Shown here: in pieces, positions 37,628 through 49,183 of the stretch
How the letters are laid out: the number at the start of each line of letters is the position of its first letter
How positions within the stretch are numbered: the stretch's first letter is position 1
Assembly: GCF_001194135.2 (NCBI RefSeq)
Contig: NC_068984.1
Span: 14,766,866-14,830,865, forward strand
Length of the DNA stretch: 64,000 nt
Source of the DNA: Octopus bimaculoides
Taxonomy: Eukaryota
Direction: 5' to 3'
Made by a program: the position numbers and the translations under genes
Notes under the pieces: model-generated
Told to the model about the DNA's origin: nothing
Databases searched by the model: none
Seen by the model: the letters and a program-made list of their open reading frames with translations, nothing else

Positions 37628-38214
37628 NNNNNNNNNNNNNNNNNNNNNNNNNNNNNNNNNNNNNNNNNNNNNNNNNNNNNNNNNNNNNNNNNNNNNNNNN
37701 NNNNNNNNNNNNNNNNNNNNNNNNNNNNNNNNNNNNNNNNNNNNNNNNNNNNNNNNNNNNNNNNNNNNNNNNNNNNNNNNNNNNNNNNNNNNNNNNNNNN
37801 NNNNNNNNNNNNNNNNNNNNNNNNNNNNNNNNNNNNNNNNNNNNNNNNNNNNNNNNNNNNNNNNNNNNNNNNNNNNNNNNNNNNNNNNNNNNNNNNNNNN
37901 NNNNNNNNNNNNNNNNNNNNNNNNNNNNNNNNNNNNNNNNNNNNNNNNNNNNNNNNNNNNNNNNNNNNNNNNNNNNNNNNNNNNNNNNNNNNNNNNNNNN
38001 NNNNNNNNNNNNNNNNNNNNNNNNNNNNNNNNNNNNNNNNNNNNNNNNNNNNNGTGTGTGTCTGCAGATACGTGCGTGCTTTGTATTACGCATATTATTC
38101 GTACGCTTGCTTTTGTGTACTCCATTTTGTTTTTTATCTTTTACCTGTTTCCAACCGAAACAACTTTCCTTCCTTGGTATTTCCCACGAATACATAGATA
38201 GATAGATAGATATA

Positions 38215-39480
38215 CGAGCGGAGATACCCGGCGTTGCTCGGGATTAAAATGGCATAGTTTGAATATAATATATTATAGTTATGTTCAAATAGGTGATATG
38301 GGAAAGTGCAGCATTGACAACAAAATATTTGTGGAGTAAATGATGGGCTGATTCGACTAAGCAACATGCCATGCATCCGTTTGGGGGTATTTCAGGCCCT
38401 AACCTGTCATGGAAAATTGGGGGTGAGGGTTATGTGATTTTTGAACGCACCAAAAAGCTGTCAGTGGATATACACTCTTTTGCAGCAGTCATCATCTGAG
38501 ATTTTGACCCTTTCTTCGGGTCTGTTGCCCTACATCACTCATAAAGTAAATTTGAAGGAACTGTGGTTGTTCATTTGTGGGTAACAGGGAATCAATGAGG
38601 TGATAGACTTGCCCTTGAACTTTGACGTTGGCGTAAATTCATGTTTAACAATTTTCATAGATGCAGTAAACGATGTCATTTGAAATGCAGAGTTGTATTG
38701 TCTGATATTGTTCAGAAAATCCTTTGACTGGATGGACGTGCCTTCTAGAAGATTCATAAGAGGTTGAGAAGGAGCTGGTAGTGCTGGTAATGTTACCTGA
38801 CCGCCTGAGCAGCATTTGTTTCATTTGAAAATTTTAAACCTCTACAGAAACGACAATTTGTGTTTAGCACACCAATTTGGACAGAGTTATCATTTTTATA
38901 AGAATGGGATAGATCATATCTGAAAACAGCTTCCGGAGTTGTGAAGAACGAATTTGTACATAATCTGTTTCTGAGAGCTATTTTATTGGAACTCTGTCTA
39001 ATCATTAAAACATTGATTTAATGATCCAGCATTAAGTGCTGCAACATGCATTTGCTGATCTTGGGAAAGTCTCATCTCCCTTCTCTCTTGAGACTCCGTC
39101 TGACGTGCTGTAGCATGCCTTTACTGATCTTGAGAAAATCCCATCTCGCTTCTCTCTTCAGATTCACGCCTTCGGTAAATGTTAAGTTACCACCAATCCA
39201 ATTCGCTGTCCGTGACCCAGTTTTTGTTTCCTTGTTGTAACATTTTTCTTTTTGCTTTTTTTTTCTGATGACGTTAGAACTGCATGAATACCACACCATC
39301 AAATATACTGTAGACGTTATAGCATCTCTGAAAAGTCAATACTAACTTAGCTATGATTCTAAAATGTTATCGTAGATATTACATCAATCCCCGTACAGTA
39401 AATGATAAAGTTTTGGAAGAGAAAATTATTATTCCATCAATGGATTTATAATGGCCGTATTTCGTATACATCCGTCTTTT
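38215..39480 (-). mobile_element. Helitron, internally deleted remnant
   Basis: Rep-helicase N-terminal motifs FRYD..VQIGVLNTNCRFCRGLKFSNE and LLEGTSIQSKDFLNNIRQYNSAFQMTSF. The 3' hairpin CCCGAGCAACGCCGGG is followed 9 nt later by CTCG|T (consensus CTRR|T). The 5' boundary is approximate. Confidence 0.85.
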
Positions 39481-40282
39481 GAATGAATAGGTTGAGAGTT
39501 CGTATTCATTCATGCATATTTCTCGTTGTCGTGCTCTGGGTCAGACATCGGTTATAACACACTCAATTTCCTTGCCATCAGCACATCTGGTAAGATGAGA
39601 AAAATAGAAATTACTAGTTGAATTAAAGATCTTTCTTAATTATCAGATGAAGAAGTCTAAGCCACAGATTCATCAATTTCATGCATCGTCTGCTATAAGC
39701 AAGTTGAATACTATGGATCACCATTTTCGTCTTCCATTGTGCTGTTCTTTTACATTCACTGCATTTTAAGTCTGTCCATTTTCTTTTCTATATTATCTAA
39801 TCACACAATCCACATAATTCTTGATTTTCATCTTCATTTCTTTCCATTCATTTTGTCTTACAGTCTCTCTAAAAGATTTCTTGCCTTGTCTTTTTTCTAA
39901 TTACGTGTCCAAAATATTTTAGATTTTCCTCTTTGAATGTGTCCAACAAAATTGTGTTAGCTTTTGCAGTTTTAAATACCTTATTGATCATGTATTCCGT
40001 CCATGATATTCAGAAAAGTCTTCTATTTGATTACATGATAATACTTTCTTCAATGTCCAAGTTTCAGTTTCGTAGAGTAGAGTGAACAATACAAAACATT
40101 TTAAGTCTCTTCCTTCTGATTTCGATATTAATAACTCTTGATGTTAATATTTTTGATATTTTTTAAATGATTTTCTAACTGCTTCAACCCTTCTTTTCAT
40201 TTATTTCATATTTCCCAGTTTCTGTTTGCATATGTTTCAGGATGTTTCGTATCTGTTCGCTAGACTTACCTTCAGTTTTAGG

Positions 40283-40492
40283 AAGGCGGCGAGCTGGCAG
40301 AAACGTTAACTCGCCGGGCGAAATGCTCAGCGGTTTTTCGTCTATCTTTACGTTCTCAGGTCAAATTCCGCCAAGATCTACTTTGCCTTTCATCCTTCTG
40401 GGGATCGATAAGTTACATGCTGGGGTCGATCTAATCGACTGGCTCCCTCCCCAGAAATTTCGGGCCTTGTGCCTAAGAGTAGAAAAGAATAT
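40283..40492 (+). mobile_element. SINE family B (B2 tail)
   Basis: AAGGCGGCGAGCTGGCAGAAACGTTAAC head, central domain and CCCCAGAAATTTCGGGCCTTGTGCCT tail. Confidence 0.9.
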
Positions 40493-40525
40493 TTATTTTA
40501 AGGGCCTTTTGCTTTTTTCTGATCA

Positions 40526-40947
40526 TTCTTTTATTCTTTTATTTGTTTCAGTCATTTGACTCCGGCCATGCTGGAGCACCGCCTTTAGTCGAACAAATCG
40601 ACCCCTGGACTTATTCCTTGTAAGCCTAGTATTTATTCTATCGGTATCTTGTGCCGAACCGCTAAGTTACGGCGACGTAAACACACCAGCATCGGTTGTG
40701 AAGCGATGGGGGAACACACAGACACAAACACATGCACGGACACACACACTCTTACACACACGCGCGCGCGCGCATATATATATATATATACGACGGGCTT
40801 CTTTCAGTTTTCGTCTACCAAATTCACTCACAAGGCTTTGGTCGACCCGAGGCTATAGTAGAAGACACTTCCCCAAAGGTGCCACGCAGTGGGACTGAAC
40901 CCGGAACCATGTGGTTGGTAAGCAAGCTATTTATCACACAGCCACTC
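40526..40947 (-). mobile_element. SINE family A, near complete
   Basis: Aligns to 16964-17380 along its length. Confidence 0.93.
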
Positions 40948-41286
40948 ATTGTTTATTTTGCATACATTTCCACTCCATATAACATTCCTTTGTCATTTAC
41001 TATTGTCGCCAGGTTTCGTAGATCACCTCTCTTGAAATCTAATAAAACGTCTAAGGCTGTCGTTGTTGTTTTGTTGTTATCATTGATCATACTTATTATT
41101 CACACTGTTGTCATGTCGTCTGAGTCTCAGAAGATCTCAGTTTATAGACTAAATAAGCAAGAGCTTACTGCAGAGCCTTGCTTGATTCTTTCCTTAATTT
41201 TAAATTCTGAGGTTTTTCCCCCCACTTCAATCTTTATAGTTGTTGATTACTTCCAGTAGAATTTTTGTTATTAGTTGTAAATCTTC

Positions 41287-41446
41287 GTGGTAAGTAGCTT
41301 GCTTACCAACCACATGGTTCCGGGTTCAGTCTCACTCCGTGGCACTTTGGGCAAGTGTCTTCTGCTATAGCTTCGGGCCGACCAAAGCCTTGTGAGTGGA
41401 TTTGGTAGACGAAAACTGAAAGAAGCCCGTCGTATATATATGTGTG

Positions 41447-41504
<58 letters not shown>

Positions 41505-41741
41505 TGTGTGTGTGTGTGTCTGTGTCTGTGTGTCTGTGTCTGTGTTTGTCCCTCCAACATCCCTTGACAACCAATGCTGGTGCGTTTACGTCCCCGTAAA
41601 TTAGCGGTTCGGCTTAAGAGTCCGATAGAATAAGTACTAGGCTTACAAAAAAATAAGTCCCGGGGTCGATTTGCTCGACTAAAGGCGGTGCTCCAGCATG
41701 GCCGAGGTCAAATGACTGAAACAAGTAAAAGAATAAAAGAA
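41287..41741 (+). mobile_element. SINE family A, near complete
   Basis: GTGGTAAGTAGCTTGCTTACC..GGTTCAGTC, (TG)n and GAAACAAGTAAAAGAATAAAAGAAT tail. Confidence 0.93.
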
Positions 41742-43518
41742 TATTCTTTCGAGTTTTAACAGACATTCGACTTTCTTCGCATGTTTTATTCTGTCAAATG
41801 CATTGGTATAATATATGAAACATATATAAACAACTCGATTTATTTCTAGAGAACTTTCTGTCTTTCGTTTTTAGATTTTGTCTGCAAGATTCTTTATGTG
41901 AATTCGTGTGTTGAAGCATATTCTATTGTGTCTGGGGAGAGTCATTCTCTTTTAGTGCCTTATTATTTAACACACTTACCGGTAAAATTTCCACTCATTT
42001 ACTTATTCATTTTAAGATTCTAAAATTTTAAATTTCTAAAATTCTCGTTGCATCTTGCAACCTTTTCAAAAGTTGTTGTCGTCTGCCTTTCATTGACATT
42101 CATTGTTTTGTTTTGTTTTTTTCTCTCTACTTATTTCGAAATTTTGTTGCCATTAGAAGTTACAAAATTAATCGTAGGCGTTCTTTTCTCACCATCGTGC
42201 TATTCTTTTATCTTTCCATCCCATCTAGATACAATCTTCTCATGATCAAGCAGTAGGTTTGTTTTGCTTTGTTTTATCTTTGATGTTATCCCTTTGTGTA
42301 CTCATGTATTTTCTGTTTATGCTGTTATTTATTTTATCGTTCATTCCTTTGGATATATGCTGCTTAATAAGTTTTTTAACTACTTGACATTGATCATCCA
42401 ACAATTCGGTTTTTGCTTTTCTGCATTCAGAGCAGATCTCTTTATTTAATATGTTATAATCTAGCTTGATCTCTTTTCTTCTACGTTTTTGGTAGAATTT
42501 CATTAGAAATCCATTTTTCTTCTTTTCCTTTCAGGCACTATTTCAATGTTTTCTCTGGTGATGTTTGCATGCAACTTTTAATTGTGTTCCACTTTCCTTC
42601 CATTCATTCTGTATTACATGCTTCTTTGTTTTATTTCATTTTGTGTTGTTTTTTTGTTCATTGAGTAAATATTCATACTTGTTTCGTATTAGAATTTCTG
42701 TTTGTATTCTATCGTTTTTAGCAAGTTTAAGTTTAATTGTTCTCGTCTTTTAACCATTTTCATTTTATTAAGTTTGACTTGTAATTTAATTACCACTAGA
42801 TTTTGGTCTGAATTGATATCTGCTGCAAGGTACATTTTTACAAGTTTCTCACAGTTTATAAATCGGTTTGTGTTATCAGTAAATAGTCTATCAAATTCCT
42901 TGTTGTGGCACCTGGATTCTTCCCAATGAATAATTCTCTTGATGCTTGCTAGAATAGAGAGTTAGTGACTACTAAGTTTTTTCTTTGATAAAAAAAACCG
43001 GGTCGGTTGGTCGTCTGCTTCATTTCTCTCACCCACTGACCTCTTCCTTACATTGTTGATGGTTTTCCTGATAACCTTTTCATTAAAATCGTCTTACATT
43101 ATAACTGTGGTTTCTTCGGTTTTAGTACATTTATTACATCTTCAATTTTTTTGGTAAATTCTTCTATCTCTTCCTCACGGTTATTCTTGTATATTAGAAA
43201 GAGCGAATGAACAGGCGAACCATGTGATTTCTCTTTAGATCATGTCATTTATAATTCAAACATAAATGCTGAGTAGAGTAAATAAGGGATTCAGAAATAG
43301 TGTGTAAAGTCCCTTACAGCCGTTTCTAGAATAGTTTTGCATATGGTGCTTTGGTACTTGAGCAAAGGTTTCTATATAAGCCGCCTTCAGAGAAGAATTG
43401 AGAAATATCCTTAATAATGGCTATTCAGTTATTCTTGTATAAGAATGTAACGTGAATAATAACGATATTGAAATATCTTTCTTGTTGCTTCATCATTATC
43501 ACTTTATCCAAAATTGTA

Positions 43519-43730
43519 CAAGGTGTCCACAAAGTCTGGGTACCTGGAGTAAATAAAATCATAACATAAACAGTTAAATATAAGAAATAATAATTTCTTA
43601 ATGTATGCGTTAATCCCCATGTGGGTACATGGAGTAAATAAAATCATAACATAACCAATCAAATATAAGAAATAATAATTTGTTAAAGTATGTGTTAATC
43701 CCCATGTACCCAGACTTTGTGGACACCCTG
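43519..43730. mobile_element. Tc1/mariner MITE with internal 85-bp tandem duplication
   Basis: 25-bp TIRs CA(A/G)GGTGTCCACAAAGTCTGGGTAC with TA on both sides; repeat units 43538-43622 and 43623-43707. Confidence 0.9.
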
Positions 43731-43989
43731 TATCCAACTAAGATTTAATAACTTTTTTATATCGATTCCCACTTATTTTCTGTACTCTTTCACACAAGAA
43801 TCGCACACGACTACATCACCGAAGGATGATTTTTCTCCTACAATTTTACCATCATCTGTCTATCTAATTTTTTTATTTACCCATGATGTCAATACTCATG
43901 TTTTCTGTTTCCTGCATAAGATCAGGTAAGAACTTATTTACAGCTATAAGTACTTGATACTAAGACTCAAGTGTCAGGGATATCTGGGT

Positions 43990-44375
43990 TGTTGTTTTTG
44001 TTGGTACTCCGTCGCTTACGACGTCGAGGGTTCCAGTTGATCCGATCAACGGAACAGCCTGCTCGTGAAATTAACGTGCAAATGGCTGAGCACTCCACAG
44101 ACACGTGTACCCTTAACGTAGTTCTCGGGGATATTCAGCGTGACACAGTGTGACAAGGCTGACCCTTTGAATTACAGGCACAACAGAAAATAGGAAGTAA
44201 GAGAAAGTTGTGGTGAAAGAGTACAGCAAGGTTCGCCACCATCCCCTGTCGGAGCCTCGTGGAGCTTTAGGTGTTTTCGCTCAATAAACACTCACAACGG
44301 CCGGTATGGGAATCGAAACTGCGATCCTATTACCACGAGTCCGCTGCCCTAACCACTGGGCCATTGCGCCTCCAC
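43990..44375 (-). mobile_element. SINE family C, full length with TSD
   Basis: 11-bp TSD GATATCTGGGT at 43979-43989 and 44376-44386. Confidence 0.93.
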
Positions 44376-44704
44376 GATATCTGGGTAGTATGGCACTAAA
44401 GATAGTATTCAAAAAGTGGAGCTTTCATTTCTTATATCAGTATCCTATCAAATAGACTTACAGAGCAAAGATGAACTTCTTTCGAAACTAACTTAACATT
44501 TCTTTAAGTGTAAACATATATTCACCGTTCAGACGTAGGTTAACTATCAATAAATTCATTTATTCCGCTTCGAGGACCGTTTCTACCTATCAATAAATTA
44601 AATAAATAAATCTAGTCGATGAATTTAATTAAAATTGTTGATCTTACAGATCGTAAGAAAACTCCATTTATTTTCCTTAAAACGGCCTGACTAAATCTAG
44701 TGCC

Positions 44705-44765
44705 ACTGCTGCTGCTTCTGTCGCCGCCGCTACTGCTGCTACTGCTGCTGCTGCTGCTGCCGCTT
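44705..44765. repeat. (GCT)n-type trinucleotide tract
   Basis: Direct reading. Confidence 0.85.
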
Positions 44766-45009
44766 TCATATCAAATAACAGACGAGAGGTCATAGGATCA
44801 ACTTTGTATTGCTAGCAATCATATCGAACTAAAAAGACAAGCGACGAAGACGCGCAGACTCAGAAACTTATAGCGGTGAATATTGAGATGTTAACACGGG
44901 TCTCGAAAGATCTCCGCGATCATGTAGTAAGAGTCATGTAGTATAAAGATACCAGTTCAAGATCTACCGGCTACTCTCAATTTCGTTTATTTATTTATTT
45001 ATTTATTTA

Positions 45010-45110
45010 TTTTACTCTTTTACTTGTTTCAGTCATTTGACTGTGGCCATGCTGGAGCACCACCTTTAGTCGAGCAAATCGACCCCCAAGACTTATTCTT
45101 TGTAAGCCTT
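45010..45110 (-). mobile_element. SINE family A tail fragment
   Basis: CTTTTACTTGTTTCAGTCATTTGACTGTGGCCATGCTGGAGC..GACTTATTCTTTGTAAGCC. Confidence 0.85.
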
Positions 45111-46995
45111 TGGAGTGTCTGTGAGTGGCCTCCTTCCGGGGACAATGTTAATCAACTCCTTAATTAACCGCGACATGCTAATTAACCCATAACTGGGATT
45201 CTGACTGGTGCTGCTACTCCGGGTCAGCACAGACCTGGGAACAATAGTGACTAAGAGATGATTCCATACTCCTAAAACAACCTGGAACTCCAGAACCAGG
45301 GCTCCACAACCAGATGCAGGTTAAAATCATGCACAGGGTGTTCCTCATACAATTCGGTTGGTGTGTATAAAGAAAATGGCAGAGTTAAACAAGTGAATAG
45401 AAAGCCAAGTTAGCCTCGTAGTGTTTATCATGCTTGGATAACACGCAATAATTCAATTTCTCTGAATTTCTATTACTGAATTTCTTCAAAGCTCGATGCT
45501 TCATAAAACTTCCACGTCATCAAAAGATGTTACTTTTTTAATTGCAGCCATACCGCAGTTGCTTAATAAATCTTTAACTTAAAAACAAATGAACAACAAA
45601 AATTTTAGCAAATTCATTATTCAACAGCATTTACTAATCTTAAGTAGATATTTAAAATTTTTTCTTTATTATTTACGTCAAGTGAAATATGTAGTTGATA
45701 TCCAAGTAGTTGTGTCGTATACAAGCTTGAGTCTATAGTGATATCCACATTCCAAACAGTTCGCTGTCAGAAGCAGGTATATTCAAGAAGTGTCTTGATT
45801 TCCACCATTAAAGCATTTATCAAAACTTTAACTCGGTGGTATAATGTTAAACTTAGCAATTTGTGTATTTAATTTTATGTTATTAAGAAGTCTAAATAAG
45901 TAGATCTAAACTAGAACAAAAAAAACGGCCTTCATTTAATATAAAACTATTGTCATTTCAGTGATATTTAGTTCAAATTGCTCTCTCAGGACGTGAAATT
46001 CTACTCTTTACTGTGCCCAATATAGATATATCTCAGTTCTGGAATACACACCATGCGAGACATACGATATTGTCTCTCGTAGAAATGTCCAAGTGAATGA
46101 GAAAATTTAATCAATTTCCCAACAGAATGAAATAATCCGTTACTATTAACTCTTGCATTTCATCCAATGACATAATGGAAACATCAAGTTACATGGCATT
46201 TTATTTTGTTTTGTTTGGTTTTTTGTTTGATTGAGTTTTTGCTCGTTCGGGTTTTTCTTCGTTCCTTACTTTCTTATTGTTGCGATGTTACAATCGATAG
46301 GAATATTCCTAAATACTTTTCTAAAAGTTGTTTGCATTGTTATCCTGAAATGAAAAAGTAATTTATATGAATTACGAAACATGGAAATGAGACTGAAATC
46401 TTACCACGGTTCTGTCATATAATAGCAATCGATAAACGTTATCCAATAAATCATCAGCTTTGAAAGATTTATTTCTTGAGATAGGAAAATGGCACAACTT
46501 GAAAATTGTGCAATACAGTGAAATCCTAACCAATTAAAATTCTCCAAGACATTATCAGAATCAAAGAAGAAAAGAAAAGACCATATCTTAGTGGCCCTTA
46601 GTTTGGATTTCTCTGCTAATTTGATATTTGTTATGTTTGACAAATTTTATTCTGATAGTTTTCAATCTATGGTGCTATAGGATGATAGATGAATAATTGT
46701 AAACTAAATGGAATTCTTCCAAATAATAGCAATACATTGTTATTGCAGTCTTTTATACATTTCTTTCCTGATTTTATAAAACTCTTCATGAATTTTATAT
46801 GATCCGTTTGTAGTTAGGAATTACGAGTTGCCAACATAAATATTTGTACAAAGGGAAGATGACATAGACGTGTATATGACACACACACACACACACAGCC
46901 ACACACACACACACAGCCACACACATACATACATACACACCCACACACTTACATATACACACATACACACACATACATATTGGCATATATATATA

Positions 46996-47035
<40 letters not shown>

Positions 47036-47045
47036 NNNNNNNNNN

Positions 47046-47430
47046 GGCATAGCTATGTGGTAAGAAGTTTGTTTCCCAAACACATGATTCAGGGTTCAGT
47101 CCTACTGCGTGGCACCCTGGGCAAGTGTCTTCTATTATAGCCTCAGGCCGACCAAAGCCTTGTCATTTGATCTGGTAGACGAAAACTGAAAGAAGCCCGT
47201 TGTATATATGCTTATGTGTGTGTTTGTCTTTGTGTATATGTTCCCTATCACCGCTTGACAACCGGTGTTGGTGTGTTTATGTCACCGTAACTAATCGGCT
47301 CGGCAAAAGCCACCGATAGAATAAGTTCTAGGCTTTAAAAATAAGTCCTGGGGTCGATTTGTTTGACTAAAGCCCTCCAAAGCCGTGCTCCAGCATGGCC
47401 GCAATCAAATGATCGAAACAATTAAAAGAA
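47046..47430 (+). mobile_element. SINE family A
   Basis: GGCATAGCTATGTGGTAAG head, CCCTGGGCAAGTGTCTT and tail CCAGCATGGCCGCAATCAAATGA. Confidence 0.9.
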
Positions 47431-47641
47431 TATATATATATATATATTGGCGTTCTTGCTAGTCGCTGTTTGAAGCAGTTTTCCTTCTGATATTTGTTGT
47501 GTTTTTAAAATAGCACATCCCATAAGAGGTGCCATCTCAGGACAAATACTGCAGTTACTGCCTATCAACGGTGTTTATAGGTTAAATATGAGACGCTGAC
47601 GACTGCTTTAACTTAAAACAGCCCCCAGTTTCGTATATTGG

Positions 47642-47693
<52 letters not shown>

Positions 47694-47998
47694 TAATGTG
47701 GACGCTTACAGATGTGTGTGTGTGTGTGTGTGTACAAAGAAAAGGTAGACAGTTACTTCAAAGTTTCAGGTATCAATCAACCCGGTAGAAATCAATGCAG
47801 CCGAATCTTCTGAGAAACTATCAACTTTTTCCTTTTAAAGAAAATAACTAGGTTTTGTTCTGGAGAGAGTCATTCTGTTTTAAAGCCTTATTAACACACG
47901 CACTGGTTCAATTTCTCCACATTTATTATTTTCCTTCTAAAATGTTCCTTGCTTCTTGCAACTTCTTCAATAGTTGTTGACTATAAACATGTTCCTGT

Positions 47999-48428
47999 AA
48001 GACGGCGAGCTGGCAGAACCGTTAGCACGCCGGGTGAAATGTTTAGCGATATTTCGTCTGTCTTTATGTTCTGAGTTCAAATTCCACCGAAGTCAACTTT
48101 GCTTTTCATCCTTTCGGGGTCGATAAATTAAGTACCAGTTACACACTGGGGTCGATGTAATCGACTTAATCCCTTTGTCTGTCCTTGTTTGTCCCCTCTA
48201 TGTTTAGCCCCTTGTAGGCAATAAAGAAATAAGAAACGTTAGCACACCGAGCGTTCTGATTTCAAATTCCGCCAAGGTCAACTTTGCCTTTCATCCTTTC
48301 GGGGTAGATTAAATAAGTACCAGTTACGTACTGGAGTCGATAAAATCGACTTAAGCCGTTTGTCTGTCCTTGTTTGTCCCCTCTGTCTGTCCTTGTTTGA
48401 CACCCCCCCCCCTTGTCTGTCCTTGTTT
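47999..48428 (+). mobile_element. SINE family B dimer (full copy + headless copy)
   Basis: The first tail GCAATAAAGAAATAAG runs directly into AAACGTTAGC of the second unit at ~48233. Confidence 0.88.
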
Positions 48429-48835
48429 NNNNNNNNNNNNNNNNNNNNNNNNNNNNNNNNNNNNNNNNNNNNNNNNNNNNNNNNNNNNNNNNNNNNNNNN
48501 NNNNNNNNNNNNNNNNNNNNNNNNNNNNNNNNNNNNNNNNNNNNNNNNNNNNNNNNNNNNNNNNNNNNNNNNNNNNNNNNNNNNNNNNNNNNNNNNNNNN
48601 NNNNNNNNNNNNNNNNNNNNNNNNNNNNNNNNNNNNNNNNNNNNNNNNNNNNNNNNNNNNNNNNNNNNNNNNNNNNNNNNNNNNNNNNNNNNNNNNNNNN
48701 NNNNNNNNNNNNNNNNNNNNNNNNNNNNNNNNNNNNNNNNNNNNNNNNNNNNNNNNNNNNNNNNNNNNNNNNNNNNNNNNNNNNNNNNNNNNNNNNNNNN
48801 NNNNNNNNNNNNNNNNNNNNNNNNNNNNNNNNNNN

Positions 48836-49183
48836 TTAATTTATCGACCCCGAAAGGATGAAAAGCAAAGTCGACCTCGGCGTAATTTGAACTCAGAACA
48901 TAAAGACGATAAAATACCGCTAAGTATTTCGCCCGACATGCTAACGTTTCTTATTTCTTTAATGCCCACAAGGGGCTAAACATAGAGGGGACAAACAAGG
49001 ACAGACGAAGGGATTAAGTAGATTAAATCGACCCCAGTGCATAACTGGTACTTAATTTATCGATCCCGAAAGGATGAAAGGCAAAGTCGACCTCGACGGA
49101 ATTTGAACTCAGAACATAAAGACAGACGAAATATCGCTAAGTATTTCGCCTGGCGTGTTAACGTTTCTGTCACCTCGCCCGCC
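48836..49183 (-). mobile_element. SINE family B dimer, inverted relative to 47999-48428
   Basis: Full copy 48951-49183; its tail joins GAAACGTTAGC of a partial copy at 48836-48950. Confidence 0.88.

Larger units (their letters stand above)
39690..43270 (-). mobile_element. Decayed RTE-clade LINE (APE endonuclease + RT + C-terminus) interrupted by SINEs
   Basis: Collinear pieces: APE-like EEIEEF..IM*DFN..GERNE (~42900-43200), YNILNKEICSECRKAK (42246-42503), YICFIYYTNAFDRIKH (~41750-41850), IKQGSAVSSCLFSL (~41000-41260), TLLYETETWTL and ISWTEY..LKYFGHVIR (39700-40240). Confidence 0.75.

Noticed and set aside
44690-44775. MKAAAAAAAVAAV.. short poly-Ala frame
   Set aside because: A (GCA)n microsatellite giving a 30-codon frame only.
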